Shown: positions 1 to 7,930 of the stretch, one piece after another
Layout of the letters: every line of letters starts with the position of its first letter
Numbering within the stretch: position 1 is the first letter of the stretch
DNA from: Candidatus Yanofskybacteria bacterium
GTDB taxonomy: Bacteria > Patescibacteriota > Minisyncoccia > 2-02-FULL-40-12 > IGHO2-01-FULL-4-A
Assembly: GCA_016181175.1 (NCBI GenBank)
Contig: JACOZV010000004.1
Coordinates: 7,718 to 71,717 of the forward strand
Direction: 5' to 3'
Length of the DNA: 64,000 nucleotides
Translations under genes and position numbers: made by a program
Notes under the pieces: generated by a model
What the model was told of the DNA's origin: nothing
The model's database searches: none
Seen by the model: the letters and a program-made list of their open reading frames with translations, nothing else

Positions 1-26
1 AATTAAAAAACTAGCTCTAGCAATCC

Positions 27-62
27 CCAACCAAAAACCCCGATAACGGGGTTTTTGGTTGG
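27..62. other. perfect 15-bp stem / 6-nt loop hairpin (ccaaccaaaaacccc-gataac-ggggtttttggttgg)
   Basis: Inverted repeat read directly. It lies 3' of tRNA-Trp on the minus strand. There is no clean U-tract after the stem, so a terminator role is uncertain. Confidence 0.4.
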
Positions 63-122
63 GTCCTTCCTTCGCGGTCTAGAAGCGGGTTTTACCCGCC
101 GTAGCCCGCTTAGGTGGGCGAA
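63..122 (-). ncRNA. unassigned GC-rich structured element immediately 3' of tRNA-Trp
   Basis: On the minus strand, CCTTCGC...GCGAAGG encloses the nested hairpin GCGGG-TAAAA-CCCGC. It is GC-rich in an AT-rich genome. I recognise no family. Confidence 0.25.
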
Positions 123-195
123 GGCGGGGGCGTCCCGACTCGAACGGGAATTGACGGTTTTGGAGACCGTAGTCCTGCCATTGAACGACGCCCCC
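123..195 (-). tRNA. trnW: tRNA-Trp (anticodon CCA)
   Basis: The reverse complement folds as a cloverleaf. Acceptor GGGGGCG/CGCCCCC; anticodon stem ACGGT/ACCGT; loop CTCCAAA; T-stem TCCCG/CGGGA; discriminator G followed by CC. Confidence 0.85.
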
Positions 196-198
196 AAA

Positions 199-224
199 AT
201 AGTGCTTAAGGCACTATTTTTTTG
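199..224. terminator. hairpin atagtgc-ttaag-gcactat followed by T6-7
   Basis: Stem-loop plus T-run read directly. It sits between tRNA-Thr and tRNA-Trp. Confidence 0.45.
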
Positions 225-390
225 TTTCTTTGTGCATCACGTGCTTTCTGCAAAACTTGCAGAATTTCTTCATTTCGATTGTCCGCGTAACCAGTTTCTT
301 ATTTTTCGTAGAAAAATAATTGACTTGCTTGCAGATGCTGCACTTTAATTTTATTAGGTTATCTTGGGACATATTGTTTATTATTAACTT

Positions 391-465
391 TGGAGCCAGC
401 GGTCGGAATCGGACCGACGCTCTTTCCCTTACCATGGGAGTGCTTTACCACTAAGCTACGCTGGC
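391..465 (-). tRNA. trnT: tRNA-Thr (anticodon GGT), CCA encoded
   Basis: The reverse complement gives GCCAGCG-TA-GCTTAGTGGTAAAGC-A-CTCCC-ATGGTAA-GGGAA-...GTCGG-TCCGATT-CCGAC-CGCTGGC-T-CCA, a full cloverleaf. Confidence 0.85.
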
Positions 466-506
466 ATAATACCATGGAGTTGCTCTTCCACTGAGCTACA
501 ACGGCC
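466..506 (-). pseudogene. diverged duplicate of a tRNA-Thr(GGT) 5' half (acceptor, D-arm, anticodon stem-loop) with no 3' half
   Basis: The reverse complement is GCCGTTG-TA-GCTCAGTGGAAGAGC-A-ACTCC-ATGGTA..., parallel to the intact tRNA-Thr directly downstream. There is no matching 3' acceptor strand. Confidence 0.5.
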
Positions 507-520
507 TCACACCTACTTAG
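503..520. repeat. left arm of perfect 18-bp inverted repeat GGCCTCACACCTACTTAG
   Basis: Exact reverse complement of 781..798. It contains the TAG stop of the GIY-YIG ORF. Confidence 0.9.
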
Positions 521-776
521 CTTCAACAACACAATTCTTAATTCGCCTTTTAAGTTGCAGGTATGCGTTTCCTCTCAATTTTATACTATATTCTCTATGC
601 TTGGCATCTCCTTGCGAATAATAACTTTCATAGTATATCAGCCACCAAGGAATATTCAACTTTGTGGCTTTAACCAAACCAAAATTGTGTTGTTGGAATC
701 TTAACGTAAGATCGTGGGTATAGCCAAAGTATAATTGGCCATCTTTTTTACTTTTCAAAACATAAAAATAATACAT
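513..776 (-). CDS. GIY-YIG nuclease family protein (small stand-alone YhbQ/UPF0213-like), 87 aa
   Basis: The motif MYYFYVLKSKKDGQLYFGYTHDLTLRFQQHN matches the GIY-(x10)-YxG...R...H/N signature. The ORF extends to a TTG at 800 only because it reads through the inverted-repeat arm. The internal ATG at 776 is the likely start. Confidence 0.75.
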   Translation of the reverse strand: MYYFYVLKSKKDGQLYFGYTHDLTLRFQQHNFGLVKATKLNIPWWLIYYESYYSQGDAKHREYSIKLRGNAYLQLKRRIKNCVVEAK

Positions 777-780
777 AAAG

Positions 781-798
781 CTAAGTAGGTGTGAGGCC
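781..798. repeat. right arm of perfect 18-bp inverted repeat
   Basis: Reverse complement of 503..520. Confidence 0.9.
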
Positions 799-838
799 AA
801 CGGCCTTTTTTATCAACATTTTTTAACTTTATTTTTAT

Positions 839-854
839 TCTGTGGGGGCGGTAG
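839..854. repeat. 16-bp direct repeat TCTGTGGGGGCGGTAG, a copy of the tRNA-Tyr 3' end (T-stem 3' strand, acceptor 3' strand and discriminator)
   Basis: Identical to 1039..1054, which is the genuine 3' end of tRNA-Tyr. Confidence 0.85.
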
Positions 855-1036
855 CGTTGAAAACCAACTGCTTGGTTTTCAACGGGAATTTTAGCTTTGC
901 CTTGTGCGAATAGCACGGCAAAGCGTTATAAAAATTCCCATGCACCGTATTCGCTAAAAGCGAACTTGATGCAAATCTGCTGCTTCGCAGCAAGTCCAGA
1001 AACATAATCGCCGTAGGTAGTTATGTTTCTGGACTC
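855..1036 (-). other. hairpin-rich 180-nt segment between the two tRNA-Tyr 3'-end copies
   Basis: At least five strong hairpins: 855-884 (12-bp perfect stem), 883-941 (nested 9+8+4 bp), tcgctaaaagcga, gctgcttcgcagc, and 1003-1036 (14-bp stem). No ORF. Confidence 0.4.
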
Positions 1037-1038
1037 TA

Positions 1039-1054
1039 TCTGTGGGGGCGGTAG
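1039..1054. repeat. 16-bp direct repeat (native tRNA-Tyr 3' end)
   Basis: See 839..854. Confidence 0.85.
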
Positions 1055-1126
1055 GATTTGCACCTACGTAGGCACAAGGCCAGCAGATTTACAGTCTGCC
1101 CTCGTTGACTGCTTGAGTACACCCCC
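1042..1126 (-). tRNA. trnY: tRNA-Tyr (anticodon GTA), long variable arm
   Basis: The reverse complement gives GGGGGTG...GCAGA-CTGTAAA-TCTGC, a 15-nt variable arm, GTAGG-TGCAAAT-CCTAC, CGCCCCC and discriminator A. Confidence 0.85.
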
Positions 1127-1142
1127 TATTTTGGCCAACCGA

Positions 1143-1217
1143 TGGAGCCGACCCCGAGATTCGAACTCGGAACCTACGCTTTACAAAAGCGTTGCTCTGC
1201 CGTTGAGCTAGATCGGC
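1143..1217 (-). tRNA. trnT: tRNA-Thr (anticodon TGT), CCA encoded
   Basis: The reverse complement gives GCCGATC-TA-GCTCAACGGCAGAGC-A-ACGCT-TTTGTAA-AGCGT-AGGTT-CCGAG-TTCGAAT-CTCGG-GGTCGGC-T-CCA. Confidence 0.85.
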
Positions 1218-1822
1218 AACTTTTCCAATTTTTTTAAGAGTCGTGTGAGTTTGTTCCGAGTTGTTTCGTCCTCCGGATCAAGTTCTGCGGCTTTTTTAAA
1301 AGACTCAACTGCATCGTGCCACTCCTCCATTTTCATATATATATTGCCTAATTTTTTATAAAGCCCAGCGTCCTTTGGATTTGTTGCTATTTCAAGAATC
1401 AACTTATGTTCTTGCTCTTCTAAATCTACTCCCCTGCCACTGTCGCTACTAATCCTGACTTCTTGTTCGGCCTGGGCGGCCGCTTCGCTACTTATCACGC
1501 TCTCGTGATGCATCACTGATTTGCGAACCCTATTGATTAACCGATTGGTGACCGCGTCAAGTTTTAGCGAAAATAGTCTTAATTTCCTCAAAAATTTTTC
1601 AAATTCAGCAAGAAAATTAAGACGATATTGCCTTAAATCTACTTTCTGAATATAGGCAGTGGGCACCGGAAAAAATTCAGCCCAAAAACCAGACTGTTCC
1701 GGCACAACACTCTCAACCACTTCGGGGGTAAGTTTTTTAAGATAAACGAACTTTCGGCTTATAATCCAGCCGATAGAGACTATAGAGAAAATAAAAATAC
1801 CAAATGGAATGAAAAAAAACAT
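1208..1822 (-). CDS. hypothetical membrane-anchored protein with C-terminal TPR-like helical repeat
   Basis: ORF 1208..1843. An N-terminal TM helix (FFFIPFGIFIFSIVSIGWII) is followed by a charged helical region. The likely start is the internal Met at 1822 because the annotated start overlaps tsf. The stop codon overlaps the tRNA-Thr 5' end by about 10 nt. Confidence 0.5.
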   Translation of the reverse strand: MFFFIPFGIFIFSIVSIGWIISRKFVYLKKLTPEVVESVVPEQSGFWAEFFPVPTAYIQKVDLRQYRLNFLAEFEKFLRKLRLFSLKLDAVTNRLINRVRKSVMHHESVISSEAAAQAEQEVRISSDSGRGVDLEEQEHKLILEIATNPKDAGLYKKLGNIYMKMEEWHDAVESFKKAAELDPEDETTRNKLTRLLKKLEKLPI

Positions 1823-1824
1823 GT

Positions 1825-2274
1825 TTAGAGTTGCAGTCGGCAAAACTTACCTATCTTTATGTTCTCCCCGAGTTTAGCTATATATTGAGTTATCAATTCT
1901 TCAACGGTAACATCTTGATCGCGAATATATGGCTGGCTTAAAAGCTCGGGGCCGTCTTGCGGATCCATTGCCGCAACCTGCATCGCCACCTCGTGGGCCA
2001 GTTCACTGAACATGGGATTTCGCGCCACAAAATCCGTTTCGCACAAAAGTTCCAACAATACACCCACTTTTTTGTTGGAATGAATATAGGCCTCAACTAA
2101 TCCTTGTCCGGTAGTACGCAATGCCTTTTTTTCAGCCACCTTAACGCCATGTGCCTTTAATACCTCCAAAGCTCGCGCCTTATCCCCGCCGGATTCATCC
2201 AGAGCTTTTTTTATCTCGTTAAAAGACAGGCCTGTTGAATCACGAAGTTCTTTTAATAGTTCTACATGGGACAT
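1825..2274 (-). CDS. tsf: elongation factor Ts (short form)
   Basis: The N-terminus MSHVELLKELRDSTGLSFNEIKKALDESGGDKARALEVLKAHG is the EF-Ts UBA-like start. It lies directly downstream of rpsB. Confidence 0.85.
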   Translation of the reverse strand: MSHVELLKELRDSTGLSFNEIKKALDESGGDKARALEVLKAHGVKVAEKKALRTTGQGLVEAYIHSNKKVGVLLELLCETDFVARNPMFSELAHEVAMQVAAMDPQDGPELLSQPYIRDQDVTVEELITQYIAKLGENIKIGKFCRLQL

Positions 2275-2289
2275 ACATAATTGGGTTAA

Positions 2290-2988
2290 TTAAGGATTAG
2301 TGACGCCCTTGCATATTGCTTCCAATATGAGTTCTACTGATTTCTTGGAATTGTCGTTGGCCCCGATAGGATAATCGATCAGTTTGGGGTCACTATCGGT
2401 ATTAACTATGCCAACGACTTTAACACCTGCTCTTTTGGCTTCATGAACTGGCAATTGGCTCTCCTTAAGCGAGGTAATAAAAATTATGTCGGGAATACGT
2501 GACAGTTTGCGGATACCGCCGAATTTCAACTTCAGGCCTGCGATTTCTTTTTCTTTTAACACCTTTTCTTTTTTAGTAAACTTGTCAAAACCGCCTTCGG
2601 CTTGTTTTTTTTCAAGTTCTTCCAAATATTTAATCCTACCGGTAATTGTTTTGAAATTTGTCAAAGTGCCCCCAAGCCAGCGGTTGATTACATACGGCAT
2701 ACCCAATGTCTCGGCTGTTGTTTTAATCGAGTCGGCAGATTGTTTGGTCAAACCAACAAATAAAATCATCTTGCTTTCTGCCATGGCTTTCTTTAAAAAA
2801 TCCACCGCCTTAACGAGCGAATCTGTTGTTTTGATCAAATCTAATATATAGATATTATCTTTCAGGGTATAGATGTACGGTTTCATGTTTGGGTGGAAAA
2901 TCGTCTTCTTGCGCCCAAAATGCATCCCCGCCCTTACCATATCCTCATAGGCCGGCAAAAAACTGATTGTATTGTTTACTTCAGGCAT
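2290..2988 (-). CDS. rpsB: 30S ribosomal protein S2
   Basis: MHFGRKKTIFHPNMKPYIY...ILFVGLTKQ...VVGIVNTDSDP are S2 hallmarks. I take the start at the internal Met (2988); the ORF is called to 3045. Confidence 0.9.
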   Translation of the reverse strand: MPEVNNTISFLPAYEDMVRAGMHFGRKKTIFHPNMKPYIYTLKDNIYILDLIKTTDSLVKAVDFLKKAMAESKMILFVGLTKQSADSIKTTAETLGMPYVINRWLGGTLTNFKTITGRIKYLEELEKKQAEGGFDKFTKKEKVLKEKEIAGLKLKFGGIRKLSRIPDIIFITSLKESQLPVHEAKRAGVKVVGIVNTDSDPKLIDYPIGANDNSKKSVELILEAICKGVTNP

Positions 2989-3079
2989 GCTGAAAATAAT
3001 AACAAAAAAATTGGGGATATGCAACACAGCACTCGCCACCCACAAAAATTACAAACTTAATTAGCAATAGGATTTATCT

Positions 3080-3170
3080 ACCGGCTCCGCGCGCGCGTTT
3101 TGCTGGCCGCTACGCGAACAGGCACAAAACCCACGCGCCTTCACCGGAAAACCCGTCGGACTAGCACTTT
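3080..3170 (-). other. GC-rich, possibly structured leader upstream of rpsB
   Basis: A roughly 90-nt stretch at more than 60% GC in an AT-rich intergenic region, with multiple short complementary segments. Its position matches a ribosomal-protein leader. No family recognised. Confidence 0.2.
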
Positions 3171-3192
3171 GTCTTAGAAATTTACGACCGAT

Positions 3193-3215
3193 AAAAACTG
3201 CCGATTGGTATCGGC
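3193..3215 (-). terminator. rho-independent terminator (gccgataccaatcggc + T-run)
   Basis: Hairpin plus a T-tract on the minus strand downstream of the giant surface-protein gene. Confidence 0.55.
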
Positions 3216-3235
3216 TTGGGGTTTGTAATCTTTGA

Positions 3236-3263
3236 TGAAAAACAAAAGCCGAGGTGTCTCGGC
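3236..3263 (-). terminator. rho-independent terminator (gccgagacacctcggc + ttttgttttt)
   Basis: Hairpin plus a U-tract about 25 nt after the stop of ORF 3289..6984. Confidence 0.65.
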
Positions 3264-3288
3264 AAAAATTGACAGTTGCCCCTATGAC

Positions 3289-6200
3289 TTATTTATAAAA
3301 ATTCCAGAAATTTCCAAAAATATCTAACGCTTTGTCTTTTAACCCCCCCCCCCCCGTAACTTGTATTTCCAAACTGGAATCGCTGAAATTACCGGCCAGA
3401 TCAAAAACTCTGGCAGTTATTTTATGCTTTCCCGACTCAAAAAACGGGACAAGCAACTCCAAAGCAACAGGAAAAAATATTCCATCATCAATCTTAAAAT
3501 AAACAACCGGCTGAACAATTTCCTCGAAACCCACACTGAATTTAAATCTCACAGTCTCGCCGATTTTCACCGACAAAGAACTCGCCTTTATTACTGGCGG
3601 TGCCGGCGGCGTTGAATCAATCATAATTTTGAATTGGGAAACCGGCCCGAGACGGCCATCGGTGTCTTCTGCCTGGAGACGAAAATAGTATATGCTGTCT
3701 TCATCAATGGAGATGTTAAGAAAATTGTCCGAAGTTGAAACGGCTTTGCCCGGTATAAAGTCCGGGGTTTGATTCAACGCATAGTGATAAACGCCGCCTT
3801 CAAGCAACGGCCAAGCCAGCTGAATATCTTTTTTATGATACCAGCGATTGCTGTTGGGATGGCTTGGTGAAAATATGGGTATTATTTCATTAATGCTCGC
3901 GTTGGTTAATCCTTGTCGGGTAATACTGTAAAAAGCGTCACTTGCCGCCCTAAGCACATCGGTCCCCAAGCCGTCATTGGCAAGAACTTGCGTCCCTTCG
4001 GCGAATTTAAGCGAAGCCCCGCCCACAGTTAACGGCTGCACTACAAGCTCGGCTACCGTACCGGACGGTTCGGAAAATCCGGGATTAGGAACGCCGCAAA
4101 CAATTGTTACCGTTCCCGCCGCATTATCAATATCTTTTTCCAAAAAAAGTCCGGGATCGCACAAGGAATTGGCCGTCAAAATATCAACTATTTCAAACAC
4201 GCTCGGGTCATATTTTATTACCGCGCTCACGACATTGATAATTTCTCCACCGGTAAGCACCTTTATGGCAATGTTTTTTTCAACAAATTGGTTAATGATA
4301 TCCGCTTCAGGTTCAAATTTAATCGTAGAATTATAGATAGAATACGGCGCTCTTTCTAATTTTATAGAAATGCGGTCCAGTTTGTTGTAACTGATAAAAT
4401 ACATCACGGAAAATAAAGTCAGGGTTATAATTAAAATAGTTGGAATCCGATGCCTATGATGGAAAACACTCAGGAAAAAAGATAAATATATGAAAATCGC
4501 AAGAAAAGCAAGCGCCATAAAACCGGCCAAAACAATGCTATAGAAATTGTGGCTGGTCGGAAAAAGAATAATCGTTCCGCCGGGGCTTCCCTCAATTCCC
4601 GGAAATACGATATTGCTGACAATGTAATATTCCTCGCTTATTTTAAGTTCTTTGGCAAATTTAGGAACTTGTTTGGCAATTAGGTCGGAACCAACCGAGA
4701 AAAAGCTATTCAGTATAAAAATAGTATCCTTATCCTTTAAGCTTGTGCTGATTAAACCCTCCTCTGGAGTATAAAAAATAACATGCGAACCATTCTTCAA
4801 ATACTTGTCCTGAAACCGTACGGCATAAGAATTGTTAAATAAGTTTCCCAGAACAATAGCGCCGATAACTTTGTCATCTTCTAAAATAAGGGAGTTGCTT
4901 ATTGCGGCCAGGGGATTTTTGACCCCACGGACGATTTCAGTAACCGTTTCACCTTTAGCCACCCGCCTTCCTTGGATAGTGGTTTGAAAAACATTATCTC
5001 CGCGTTGATCCGGCAAATGTGAACGAACAAGCACAAATCCGTCCTTGTCAGTTACGGCAATAAAACTAAGTTCCCTTTCTTTTGCTTCAGCTTGCACGAT
5101 GGAGAGAAGCTCCAGCGTATCGCCTGCCTTCAGGGCATCGTTAAGAACTCCTGAAGAGACAATCTCCTCTCTTTGGTCAGAAATGTATTTGAGTTCCTCG
5201 GAAAAAACAGTCTTTAGTTGAATAATTTGTTTATCAGTTGAATAAGAATACCACAAGCCCAAGAGCCAGTTAGAAAATAGCATAATGATTACAAACACCA
5301 GAATGCTTAGCAATATTTCAATCATCTCTTTTTTGTGTATCCAGTCGGTTTTGCTTTTTTTATTTAATTTCTTTTTTTTACGATATTTTTTAATTAAATA
5401 ACTCTTAACTTCATGCCCAGTAGCTAGAATCTCCTTTTTTGTCGCGACAAAAATGAGCGCAATAATCAAAATAGAGGAAACCAAAAGCCATTCATTTTTA
5501 ATAAAGTTAATGAAGCCGCCGAATATCTTTGTCAAAAAGTCAAAAATTAGTTCGGTAAAAGACCCGGATTTTACCCTAAATGATACTCGGTTAGAATCAA
5601 TAGAAATGGCACTCCTGTCATCAACCGCCTGCGCCGTCACCTCGTGGCGACCTCCTCGTTCCGGCTTAAACTCAACCTGCCAATATCCATTGGCATCGGC
5701 GTGCGTTTCCAGTATGTATTCCGGGTTGACCCTGATGGCAACCCGAACTTTTTGGTTGGGCTTGGCTTTTCCATTTATAGTAATGGTTTCGCCTATTTTA
5801 ACTTGCGGCTTTTCTATTTGATTTAAAATCACCGGCTCTATTGATTGAATCTCCATTTGATAGTCAGATTCTGAATAATTCCCTGCTTTATCAAAAGCTC
5901 TTATGATAATCTTGCGCACCCCTGGCAATTGCAAAGGCATTTTATATAATCCGGCCAACCCCGGTTCTATTTTTAACCAGTCACTCTCACCGATTTTCAT
6001 TTCATATCTATCAATACCAGATGTACCGTCTGAAGTATCAAAAGCGAGTCTGGGTTGCGGGTTGGTTAAGTCCGCCACATCCAATCTGGTTATTTTAAAA
6101 TCTGCGGGTTTTTGGGTATCAACGTTAAACTTAAACGAAGTTACGGGACCTAATCCCGCTGGTGTTTTCGCACGGGCGTTAAAATAAAATTCGCCCTCTC

Positions 6201-6984
6201 CTACATCATCCAGAACTTTTTCTGAAATCGGAGGATCATAGCTTATTATCGGCGGGGAATTGTTTCTTCGGCTCAAAACCAAAATGACCTCGCCGGTATC
6301 TACCGGCAAATCCCATTTGAAAATTGGGTTATTATTTGAATACCACTTTAACTGGTCTGGATGGGTAGACGATGTAATAATCAACTGCTCCGCTGAAACA
6401 GGAGCGGGAGTTGTGACTATTTTGGGCGTTGCTTGAGACGATGCCTGCGGCGATACCGGTGTTACCTTTGGTAATACCGATATTGCCCTTAAAACATAAG
6501 CTCCGCCCGCTAACGATGATAAAACATTCGTACCCTGCCCATCATTGGCTAAAACCGCGCCGGATGAAAAAGAAACTTGAGTAGTTGCCACCGCCTTTGC
6601 CTTGAAGTTTATAGTAAGAATATTGCCTGATGTTCCCGTATATCCAGGATTAAAAACAATGCCGCCGAAATTTATCGTTCCCAGCGCATTGGAAAAATCG
6701 GGTTCTTGCACCCAGAGACTGAAAATAGAACCAGTCCTCGTAAGAGACGTAACCGCGAGTTCAGCAGGATTAAATTTTAGTATGCCTACAGCGGCGTTAA
6801 TTGAAACACCGGCGCTATTAATCCTGATAGAAACACTAAAGTTGCTCCCATTATTATAAGTTCCCGAACCTGGAGATATAAAAAGCGTCGCGGCTCGCGC
6901 TAAAGAAAAGGGAAACAGAAACAAAAGCAAAGAAATTGCTGGAATTGCCCACTGCTTTTTAAATTTTATTTTTAACCCCTCCAA
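3289..6984 (-). CDS. giant cell-surface protein: signal peptide, cohesin-like N-terminal domain, FN3/Ig-like repeats, four central TM helices, and a second cohesin-like module
   Basis: Signal peptide MEGLKIKFKKQWAIPAISLLLFLFPFSLARA. Cohesin-like motif LFISPGSG...FSVSIRINSAGVSINAAVGILKFNPAELAV, repeated near the C-terminus (NQFVEKNIAIKVL...IKYDPSVFEIVDI). TM segments near the middle. Confidence 0.75.
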   Translation of the reverse strand: MEGLKIKFKKQWAIPAISLLLFLFPFSLARAATLFISPGSGTYNNGSNFSVSIRINSAGVSINAAVGILKFNPAELAVTSLTRTGSIFSLWVQEPDFSNALGTINFGGIVFNPGYTGTSGNILTINFKAKAVATTQVSFSSGAVLANDGQGTNVLSSLAGGAYVLRAISVLPKVTPVSPQASSQATPKIVTTPAPVSAEQLIITSSTHPDQLKWYSNNNPIFKWDLPVDTGEVILVLSRRNNSPPIISYDPPISEKVLDDVGEGEFYFNARAKTPAGLGPVTSFKFNVDTQKPADFKITRLDVADLTNPQPRLAFDTSDGTSGIDRYEMKIGESDWLKIEPGLAGLYKMPLQLPGVRKIIIRAFDKAGNYSESDYQMEIQSIEPVILNQIEKPQVKIGETITINGKAKPNQKVRVAIRVNPEYILETHADANGYWQVEFKPERGGRHEVTAQAVDDRSAISIDSNRVSFRVKSGSFTELIFDFLTKIFGGFINFIKNEWLLVSSILIIALIFVATKKEILATGHEVKSYLIKKYRKKKKLNKKSKTDWIHKKEMIEILLSILVFVIIMLFSNWLLGLWYSYSTDKQIIQLKTVFSEELKYISDQREEIVSSGVLNDALKAGDTLELLSIVQAEAKERELSFIAVTDKDGFVLVRSHLPDQRGDNVFQTTIQGRRVAKGETVTEIVRGVKNPLAAISNSLILEDDKVIGAIVLGNLFNNSYAVRFQDKYLKNGSHVIFYTPEEGLISTSLKDKDTIFILNSFFSVGSDLIAKQVPKFAKELKISEEYYIVSNIVFPGIEGSPGGTIILFPTSHNFYSIVLAGFMALAFLAIFIYLSFFLSVFHHRHRIPTILIITLTLFSVMYFISYNKLDRISIKLERAPYSIYNSTIKFEPEADIINQFVEKNIAIKVLTGGEIINVVSAVIKYDPSVFEIVDILTANSLCDPGLFLEKDIDNAAGTVTIVCGVPNPGFSEPSGTVAELVVQPLTVGGASLKFAEGTQVLANDGLGTDVLRAASDAFYSITRQGLTNASINEIIPIFSPSHPNSNRWYHKKDIQLAWPLLEGGVYHYALNQTPDFIPGKAVSTSDNFLNISIDEDSIYYFRLQAEDTDGRLGPVSQFKIMIDSTPPAPPVIKASSLSVKIGETVRFKFSVGFEEIVQPVVYFKIDDGIFFPVALELLVPFFESGKHKITARVFDLAGNFSDSSLEIQVTGGGGLKDKALDIFGNFWNFYK
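3343..3355. repeat. homopolymeric C13 (G13 on the coding strand) inside the 3' end of the giant surface-protein gene
   Basis: 13 consecutive C read directly. It encodes GGGG, 20 codons before the stop. Confidence 0.95.
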
Positions 6985-7003
6985 AGTTAAAATTGATAGC
7001 CTA

Positions 7004-7903
7004 CTATCTGAATCTTTTGTTATTTTTTATTAATTTTTTTGCTCTTCGTATTAACCGTGTTAAAAATGAAAAAAATAAAATAACCAAAAAAGTCGGCGTG
7101 CCAATTGCCAAATATGCAAATCCGTGGGGGACGAATTTCTCAATTCTTGCAAGCCCTACTTTATCCACGGCTTTTATCTCTATTATACTAAACGGATACA
7201 AATGCCGCAAAACATAAGGACTGTCTGCTTCACGCCACTGACCAAACAAACCAAGAGTTTTTTCCTTAACTTCATAGTGGCTAATGCCACTTCCCTTGTC
7301 TTGGGCTGAAAAAACGGCAACTCTGGCGCCATCAAATAAATTCTCGTTTTTGGTTATGAGTATCTCAAACTTTTCGGGCGCATAAAAATCCACAATTCGT
7401 GTTTTGATTATCTCTTGGTCGCCAGCTTCAAGAATATTAACAGCCGCTATCCCCGTGGTAACCGGCGCCTCCTGGCCTCCATCTTGGTGCAAATAAACCT
7501 TAAAATCTTCGAAAAATATCCGAGCTTCTCCTGTTTTCTTGGCCAAAAATGATAAATCAATAATTTTATCTTCCTTATCAGTGGTTGGTCCCTCTCCTCC
7601 GGGTATAATACCTGAAAATTTAATTGTATCTTTTCCGATTAAGGCTGGCCTATCAACCCATAAATTTATCAGCGAATTGGCATCAGAAAAATCTTTATAT
7701 TCAAGCAGGTTTGGGTCAAATTTGATTTTACTTTCTATGGCATTTATAAATTCTTCCGGATTTATCAGAACCTTAACTGAAAAAATCTGACCGGCCTCAA
7801 TTTCGCCCGGGATAGAAAAATATAATTTGGCCGCCGAGGCAAAATTAGAGAATAGTAAGTAGAAAGTAGAAAGTAGTAAAAAAATTAAATATTTTTTAAA
7901 CAT
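7004..7903 (-). CDS. secreted/anchored protein with cohesin-like N-terminal domain and C-terminal TM anchor
   Basis: Signal peptide, then AAKLYFSIPGEIEAGQIFSVKVLINPEE...IKFDPNLLEY (same module as in 3289..6984), and a C-terminal hydrophobic segment followed by basic residues. Confidence 0.7.
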   Translation of the reverse strand: MFKKYLIFLLLSTFYLLFSNFASAAKLYFSIPGEIEAGQIFSVKVLINPEEFINAIESKIKFDPNLLEYKDFSDANSLINLWVDRPALIGKDTIKFSGIIPGGEGPTTDKEDKIIDLSFLAKKTGEARIFFEDFKVYLHQDGGQEAPVTTGIAAVNILEAGDQEIIKTRIVDFYAPEKFEILITKNENLFDGARVAVFSAQDKGSGISHYEVKEKTLGLFGQWREADSPYVLRHLYPFSIIEIKAVDKVGLARIEKFVPHGFAYLAIGTPTFLVILFFSFLTRLIRRAKKLIKNNKRFR

Positions 7904-7930
7904 TTTTGTTCAGAAGTAATCTATCTGACT

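Noticed and set aside
3-348. ORFs 3..197(-) and 55..348(+) at the window start
   Set aside because: They overlap tRNA-Trp and the GC-rich structured element. Their sequences (RRVKPASRPRRKDPTKNP...) are translations of RNA-gene DNA.
806-1041. Idea that tRNA-Gly is present here, split by a group I intron encoding the GIY-YIG endonuclease
   Set aside because: I could not assemble acceptor, D, anticodon or T arms of a tRNA-Gly from either side of the cassette. The only tRNA-like fragment (466-506) resembles tRNA-Thr and has no 3' partner. No group I core (P3-P7) was recognised.
1023-1211. ORF 1023..1211(+)
   Set aside because: Lies entirely over tRNA-Tyr and tRNA-Thr(TGT) on the opposite strand.
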